Positions 62,063 through 64,000 of a stretch of DNA of 64,000 nt are shown here, in pieces. The translations under genes and the position numbers were made by a program. The notes below the pieces were generated by a model. The model was not told the DNA's origin and did no database searches. It saw only the letters and a program-made list of their open reading frames with translations. Where the stretch lies: NCBI GenBank assembly GCA_963664815.2, contig CAXXHB010000002.1, positions 416,001 through 480,000 of the forward strand, in the 5' to 3' direction. The stretch comes from Spirochaetota bacterium (GTDB lineage: Bacteria > Spirochaetota > UBA4802 > UBA5550). Positions within the stretch are counted from its first letter, which is position 1, and each line of letters starts with the position of its first letter.

Positions 62063-62295
62063 ATAATTGAGTAGCTAGACCGACATCGCCGGGGCTGGAT
62101 TAAGTTTCTGATACATGAGTCCGGCGATGTGCGTAGCGAACGTCTAGCGACAATTATGTTGAGTTGACATATTGATATTTTATTGATCTGTTCTATAACT
62201 CTGAATTAGTTAATTATTGATCTTTGAAAGTAATTTTTTTCTGTTATATACAGTGAAAAACCGTTTTCTCAGGATTGTATACGGGCAGATGTTGA
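62063..62295 (+). repeat. Inter-cassette unit, copy 2 (attC-like hairpin plus 107-bp leader)
   Basis: Hairpin arms CATAATTG/CAATTATG, GCTAGAC/GTCTAGC, ACATCGCCGG/CCGGCGATGT; leader shared with 56994..57100. Confidence 0.85.
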
Positions 62296-63484
62296 AGAGG
62301 CAACAGAAACTACCAAAGCTAAAGAAGGTCTTGGATTCGCGGGTACACTCGAGGCTGTAATTAATGCCCGTAAGGATGTATTAACAATAGCATCCCTGGC
62401 AGAGAACAAGGCTTTAGCTGAAAAACTCGATAATGCACTTGATAAAGATGCGGCATCATTGGGAGAAGCGGTTAATAAGGTTTCTGAAACTGTTCAGAGC
62501 AGCGATGGAGTTAAGGATGATAAAATATCTCATGTAAATCTGTATCAGGGTGATAAAACAGATAACGCGATGAATGGATATGCAGCAGCATATGACCAGA
62601 ATAGTAATGAAACATATCTGAATACCGAAGGAACAGATATATCAAAGGGTGGTGATATTATTACATCACTCTTCTGGGAAGCCCAGAGGAAGGATAACAC
62701 TACTAATGGGCTGGACCTTGATGCAGGACAGCAGCTAATACTTGCATCTTCACGTGGAGAACAGGCGGGAAATTTATGGAACAGGTTTTCAGAAACAGCT
62801 TCAACAACTACAAATCATGATGCTGTAATTAACTGGAATACAGTCAATGCGGGTTCAGATACACTGATTAAGGGGAGTGCTAAAGCGAATGAACTTAATA
62901 CAGACGATGGGCATGGGGTTGTACCGAGACCAATAACACCAGTTGATGTAAATAATGCAAGAGATATAGCGATAATGGAATCACCTAAAAAGGCATTAAC
63001 TCTTTTAACCGCAATAAAATTGGAAGGAAAAGAAGGAACCACAGAAGAGAAAGAGAATATGATGAATAAGATTGTAACTCATCCAAAAGCTGAAGAATTG
63101 TTAATGGAATTATTAAATAATGGTGAAACAAAAGGAGTTGATACAATTTATGAAACGATAAGTAGTACATTTGATAAAGGTAAACCGGATTTTGGTTCAT
63201 TTACAATTCAAAATGTGGATACATATGATTATCTTGTAACAAATAGAAATGAAGCACTCGAGGTAGTGAATTCGATTTTTGGACCAGATTATAACACTGC
63301 TGCAAGACTATACCCAAATGAAAAATATGATAGATATGGTGGGATACATATCGAAGCTGTAAAAATTGAAAATAATAGCACACAAGTTCAAATAGATATA
63401 GATCAATACCCACCGCAGGATATAATAAATTTACCAGCGCATTACTGGTATGATGTGTTGCAAAAGGGGAGTAAGGAAAAATAA
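62288..63484 (+). CDS. Orphan toxin cassette 3 (unknown C-terminal toxin; reading frame open from the leader junction, no canonical start there)
   Basis: Frame reads DVEEATETTK... without stops into the 62459 ORF; followed by a membrane-anchored ORF. Confidence 0.7.
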   Translation, partial: DVEEATETTKAKEGLGFAGTLEAVINARKDVLTIASLAENKALAEKLDNALDKDAASLGEAVNKVSETVQSSDGVKDDKISHVNLYQGDKTDNAMNGYAAAYDQNSNETYLNTEGTDISKGGDIITSLFWEAQRKDNTTNGLDLDAGQQLILASSRGEQAGNLWNRFSETASTTTNHDAVINWNTVNAGSDTLIKGSAKANELNTDDGHGVVPRPITPVDVNNARDIAIMESPKKALTLLTAIKLEGKEGTTEEKENMMNKIVTHPKAEELLMELLNNGETKGVDTIYETISSTFDKGKPDFGSFTIQNVDTYDYLVTNRNEALEVVNSIFGPDYNTAARLYPNEKYDRYGGIHIEAVKIENNSTQVQIDIDQYPPQDIINLPAHYWYDVLQKGSKEK

Positions 63485-63490
63485 GATTAA

Positions 63491-64000
63491 ATGAAAAATC
63501 CTGTAAAAAAAATTAAGAAAGTAATAATTACATTTTTGGTTCTTTTTTCAATTATATTTGTGGGGGTATTTGCTTTCTCAATAATAGGTGTATATGTATT
63601 ACAGCCTCATTATGATTATGTTTATTATGTTGATGAAAGAGAAAAGGACTCAATATCTGTTTCTCTAGATGAAATATCTAAAGCAGCAATTTGGTTTGAA
63701 TATTTAGAAGATTTTTCAAGTATCGGGTCAGCGGCTGTTCCAAAAGAAATTGATGGAATGGTATATACGCAGATATTAATAATGGATATAATCCCACAAA
63801 TACATATAAAAGATTGCCGTGTGGAAATAAGAGATATAAAAAATCAAATCATACCGCATAAGTCAGTAGTAATTCGAGATAAAACTTATTATAAGAATAA
63901 ATACAATGAGTATATAAAATATAATAATATAGATGAATATATTAAAACAAAGCCGGTAATAGATACAGAACACACAAATTATGCGATATATTATACATAT
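63491..64000 (+). CDS. Putative membrane-anchored immunity protein for cassette 3 (3'-truncated by the window edge)
   Basis: MKNPVKKIKKVIITFLVLFSIIFVG... open to the window end; starts 6 nt after the toxin stop. Confidence 0.7.
   Translation, partial: MKNPVKKIKKVIITFLVLFSIIFVGVFAFSIIGVYVLQPHYDYVYYVDEREKDSISVSLDEISKAAIWFEYLEDFSSIGSAAVPKEIDGMVYTQILIMDIIPQIHIKDCRVEIRDIKNQIIPHKSVVIRDKTYYKNKYNEYIKYNNIDEYIKTKPVIDTEHTNYAIYYTY

Overview
AT-rich bacterial chromosomal window, probably from a spirochaete-like anaerobe. That assignment is an inference from CheX, several STAS proteins, and Fn3/beta-barrel and FlgO-TPR envelope proteins. The first ~48 kb is mostly housekeeping, metabolic and envelope genes: purH-like, a large FAD/Fe-S oxidoreductase, a FadH-like reductase with an enoyl-CoA isomerase, an MCP with a CZB domain, an ECF sigma/anti-sigma pair, cheX, ruvB, alpha-2-macroglobulin with pbpC, two LtaS/sulfatase proteins, nfo and an EAL protein. 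It also holds two decayed gene remnants and an unannotated small ORF with an anti-SD-containing 3' region. From ~48.5 kb to the end is a polymorphic-toxin (CdiA/TpsA-like) locus with no adjacent TpsB. It consists of a 2173-aa filamentous haemagglutinin toxin with its immunity gene, three orphan toxin-tip/immunity cassettes (ART-like, RNase Sa/barstar, and an unknown toxin), an orphan immunity lipoprotein and an intact IS66. The most striking feature: two cassettes are each preceded by the same non-coding unit, an attC-like hairpin followed by a 107-bp conserved leader. The leader ends in-frame exactly at the 'DV' of the toxin's NRDV motif, and nested homology blocks link the cassettes to the main gene. 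This suggests a dedicated toxin-tip reloading system. No rRNA, tRNA or CRISPR array was seen.
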